Under the pieces are notes generated by a model, which searched no databases, had not been told where the DNA came from, and saw only the letters and a program-made list of their open reading frames with translations. Both the position numbers and the translations under genes were made by a program. This document shows, one piece after another, positions 60,051-64,000 of a DNA stretch of 64,000 nucleotides (the stretch's first letter is position 1; each line of letters opens with the position of its first letter). Origin of the DNA: Vicugna vicugna (lineage: Eukaryota). The stretch lies in NCBI GenBank assembly GCA_013265495.1, contig MU058198.1:6277779-6341778 (forward strand). Reading direction: 5' to 3'.

Positions 60051-61519
60051 AAGCAGAGAGACACAGATGGAAGGCAACTTACCCATACGTGAAATCATCT
60101 CCTTTGCCAGCTGACCCAAGAAGGGGCTTGTTTCCAGAAGCAGGGCCCCTCCCCAGGCCAAAGCCCCCAGTCTTGGGGAATCTGAACCTTGGTTCCCTAT
60201 TGAAAGACTCTAGGAAACAAAGGGACCCACCTGGAGGTCATCTCCAGGGCCCACAAGAGAAAGAACAGACACTGGCCCAGTGGACAGAGTACACATCAGC
60301 CCAGAAGGGGACCCAAGGTCGGCCCAGGTACCACTGAGCCACCTCCACTACACTCACTGTCTCCATGCAGCCTGGTCTCCACCCCTCTGCGCCACCGCCC
60401 CAATTCACAGACTCCAGCCCCTGCCCTGTACCCGGTCCTACAGAGCCTGACCAGTCTTTCAGGGTCCTCCAAATTCCCACAAGAGAGAAGCCGACTGGCC
60501 CAGATCAGACCACGTGTCCCAGCATAGTGGCCAACAGCACAGCCAGGGAAGGGCAAGGCCGCCCAGGAAAACATGGCTGCCGGCAGTGGCCATGACAGTA
60601 GGTGGGGAAGGAGGGCTGGGCAGAGCAGACACCTCCAAGTGCGCATTGCTTGGCTGTTCCCCAGAACTCCTTCTCGGCAGCCTTCATGGACTTCCTGCAT
60701 TCCTGTCTCCATCTCAGTCCCCAACCCCAACTCTCCAGGAGACCAAGGGCTGGCCAGGCCACCAGAATTCCCGGGGGCTTAGAAAGTGGGGAGCTTCCCA
60801 CTCAGAGCAGCACGGGACCCCAGAAGCAAGGGCAACAGAGGGGACAGGCCAAATCCTAAAGATTGAGGCTGGGACCTGGCAGCAGAAAGGTTACCCGGCA
60901 GACCCTGAAACCAGAAATCAGGAGCAAACAAGGGTCAGTGCGGCAGGGTCAGGGTGACTGATGGAACAGCTGCTGGTGCCTGTGGCCGATGTCATGCGCC
61001 AGCCAGGCCTGGTGGGGCTGACAGCCACTCTGCCAGAGGTCCCTGCGTGCACGGCAGGGTCAAGAAGGATGGACAGAGTCCACGGGAGCACAGGGGAAGT
61101 GGGATGGGGGTCTCAGCTTGGTTTCTCTGTGGCTCCTGTGCCTCTTCTCCAAGGCAGGGAAGCCTCCCAATTGTCACCTTAGTGCTGCTGCTGCCAGGCC
61201 CCAAGTGGAGACAGTGAGGGCGCCCTAAGATTTGGGCATGTCTGGGCCTCAGTCGTCAGCAGGGCAATTACAGAGGGGTGCTCTGGGAGGAAGGGTAGCT
61301 AGAGGTGGTGGGGGCACTGGGAGGGGGGGCTCTCTCCATCTGCAGGGCCAGAAGGAGGTAGGGAGAGAAAGAGGGAGTCAGAGAGATGGATTAAGGGGGC
61401 TTGGCAGTGAGGAGACAGAGAGACAGTGAGAAAAAGAAGAGAGAAAGATAAGAACAGAGAAAGGCAGAACCAAAGAAACCAAAAGAGACAGAGAGATGGA
61501 GACAGAAGCAAGGAGAAAA

Positions 61520-62160
61520 ATCACTGGAGAGTCAAAGAGGGAGAGCTGCCTGGGTTCAGATCCAGGCACCACAATGAATGACAAGTCACTTGTATCAGTT
61601 TGTTAGTGCCAATAACTGGGTGACTTAAATAACAGAAATCTACTCCTCACAGTTCTGGGAGCTACAAGTCCAAGATCAAGGTGCCGGCAGGATGGTTCCT
61701 TCTGAGGCTGTGAGGATGTCAGGGAAGATCTGTTCCAGACCTCTCTTCATGAGATGGCCGTCTTCATGTTCACATGGTGCTCCCCATGCATGCGTGTGCA
61801 TCTCCAAATGTCCCCATTTTTATGTGGACACTGGTCATGTTGGATTAGGGCCCACTCTAACAGTCTCATTTTAACTTGATTACCTCTGTAAGACCCAATC
61901 TCCAATTAAGCTCACATTCTGAGGTACCCGGGGGTGGGGAGTGGGTAGTACTTTAACATATGAATTCAGGGAGGACACAATTCAACCCATAATATTACTT
62001 AACCTCTCTGTGCCTCTGTTTTCTCATCTGTAAAATGGGCATAATAATAGTACCTTCTTCAGAGGATTATTCTGAGGATTCTTAAATTTCTACACACAAA
62101 GCCTGGCAAGTAGTAAATGTTTGATAAGTGTGAGTCACATTATAATCTTTATTATCATTA
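61520..62160 (+). mobile_element. MIR split by an LTR
   Basis: caagtcact | LTR | ttacttaacctctctgtgcctctgttttctcatctgtaaaatggg. Confidence 0.85.
61591..61994 (-). mobile_element. MLT1B/A-type solo LTR
   Basis: tgtatcagttt start, acaattcaacccataata end, 5-bp TSD tcact/ttact; ttggattagggcccactctaa. Confidence 0.9.
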
Positions 62161-62167
62161 TTTGGCA

Positions 62168-62470
62168 TGGTAGGCAGGATAAGGCTCCCAAAGACATCCA
62201 CGCCCTAACCCCTAGTCCTCAGAACCTGTAAGGATGCTACTTTCCATAACAAAAGGGACTTTGTAAATGTAATTAAAGTTGCCTTTCTTGAGATGGGGAG
62301 ATTATCTGGGATTATCCAAGTGGACCCAATGTAATCGCATGAGTCTTTAAAAGAACAGAAACTTTCCCAGCTGTGAAAGCACTCAATCACCATTGCTGGC
62401 TTTGAAGATGGAAGAAGAGGTCGCAAACCCAGAACATGGTGATCTATAGAAGCTGAGAACAGTTGCACCT
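62168..62470 (+). mobile_element. MaLR LTR 5' part (MLT1C/D-like)
   Basis: tggtaggcaggataaggctcccaaagacatccacgccctaa, gagatggggagattatc, gctggctttgaagatgga. Confidence 0.85.
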
Positions 62471-64000
62471 GCTTGTCCTCTTCCCCAGATATCCGTGACA
62501 GTGGAAAAACTGTCCTATCCTGGCTGCCAGCACCAGAGCTGCTCTGGGGGACAGAAATGACTGTTGAGCAAAATGTTTGGACAAGGGCTCAAATAGAAGG
62601 TGAGCGTCCCATCACATGCGCACACACAAGGTTGTACGTTGGCTCCAACAGGGAAGGCTTCAGGGAAGAGGCATCAGGCTCATCTTGGGAAACCCAACTG
62701 GAAGGAGGAGGGGCCAGTCAGATGCCAGAAGCTCCCCACTGTGCGATGTCACCTCCCCCGGATCGTCAGTAAAGTCGGCTAAATCCCCCAACGCTCCTGG
62801 AAGAGGGGTTTGTCACCATGGAAACCAAAGAAAGGACAGCATCTCGTCTTGGAGCTAACCCCCTTCATTAGGGGAGTCAGCTGTGAGAACCCAGCCCCCG
62901 AGTGCACAGGGGGCCTCTGGGAACTTGGAAATAGTAGGGGGTGGGCCCCAGAGAACATATGCTCTGCGGGGAACTGTGCCAGATGTACGTGGTTCTCAAG
63001 GGGCACAGAGGTCCCAGTGGAGAGCTGGTGCTCAGGAGGAACAAATTAGACAGGCTTGCACTGGTACGGGACAGCCTTTCCCACGCTGAATGGCTAGTTG
63101 ACCTTGGAGTGCTGCCCGTGGCAATACCATTTCCTGGCCCCAGGGGCCTTCCATCCCCAGGAGTTCTGCACCCCGCAGGAAGCAAGCTTTTCTGCTCTCC
63201 TGCTCCAGCTCAGTGTATCGATCAACATTCGCCCCTGAAAGGAGACCCGCTCATCCCCCTCCTGCCTGACAGAGTCACAGCTACAGAGGCGCTGGAGTCA
63301 AGAACAGTGGATACGGATGGCGGCAAATATCCCGACACAGGAAATCATTCCTTGGCAACTGGCCTCCAGCAGGAGTGAGGAGAATGTAATCTGGAGCTTC
63401 CACGGGGCCTTGACTGCAAAATCCATATGCAGCCTAACGGCCCATGATTGCCTCTAACGGGAAGTCTGAACAGCATCCAGTCCAAATGGCATCCGCCGTG
63501 CCAGCCCCAGCCCTCTCTGGGATGGAAAAGTGGGTCCGGGAATCTCTGAGGGCAGGGCTGAGGAGGGGGCTCTGCTGGGGTAGCCACGCTCACCGCTGCA
63601 TGGGGGTCCCTGGTGAGAGCTGGCTTCCAGGTCGAGGAACTCACATGCCTCAGGGACCAGGTGATGATGCAGGTGAGTGAAGGGACAGGTATAAGATGAC
63701 TGACACCAAGGGAGTCAGTGACATGAAAGGGAGTGGTGGGGACTATGGAGAACTGGAGAGCACAGGCCCCGTCCAAAAGGGCAGATGCTTCTCAGCTCAA
63801 GTCTGTGTGGCTGTGTGGGACCCAGCACTGCCAGATTCTTGTGTTATCCATGGACCTGAACCCTGACACTTAAGTGAAATCCCCTGATCCTTCCAGTTTG
63901 AAGTGAGACTCCTCTTTGGCCCCAGTATCCACCCCCTCCTCCTCTGACTGCTGGAATCTGGCCACGGCCGTGGTCCATCCTGGACCATGCGGACAAGGGC

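Noticed and set aside
62941..63680. 145-aa ORF and strong donor CAG|GTGAGT near 63672
   Set aside because: GTG start in GC-rich sequence where long chance ORFs are expected; no convincing paired acceptor or recognisable peptide.
1069..63988. ORF-track entries as protein-coding genes
   Set aside because: All are under 200 aa, overlap on both strands, many use non-ATG starts or lie in repeats; none resembles a cellular protein family I know.
1..64000. Prokaryote-style systems (operons, CRISPR arrays, defence islands, prophage)
   Set aside because: Sequence is CpG-depleted mammalian DNA full of MIR/L2/L1; no regularly spaced repeat-spacer array and no dense coding.

Overview
Mammalian nuclear DNA, almost certainly from a camelid (camel/llama/alpaca): it carries a tRNA-Ala-derived vic-1-type SINE with a perfect 16-bp target-site duplication (23038-23170) and cetartiodactyl-type young L1 3' ends. 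The window is GC-intermediate, intergenic or deep-intronic, and largely built from old transposable elements (MIR, L2, L1M, MaLR/ERVL/ERV1 solo LTRs, hAT and Tigger MITEs), often nested. I can recognise no protein-coding gene, RNA gene or CRISPR array; the ORF track is chance ORFs, repeat-derived frames and L1 ORF1/ORF2 fossils. I see no convincing new biological system. The best observations are: an exact 30-bp copy of an LTR segment inserted into a MIR 1.5 kb away (templated-insertion repair scar), two Tigger3-family MITEs forming a ~90-bp inverted repeat, a ~70-nt L1 micro-insertion with TSD, a CpG-rich HAL1-like ORF1 fossil, and several repeat-free, motif-dense blocks that look like enhancers or CTCF sites. 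Repeat family names come from my recall of consensus sequences and were not searched; boundaries are approximate unless a TSD is given.
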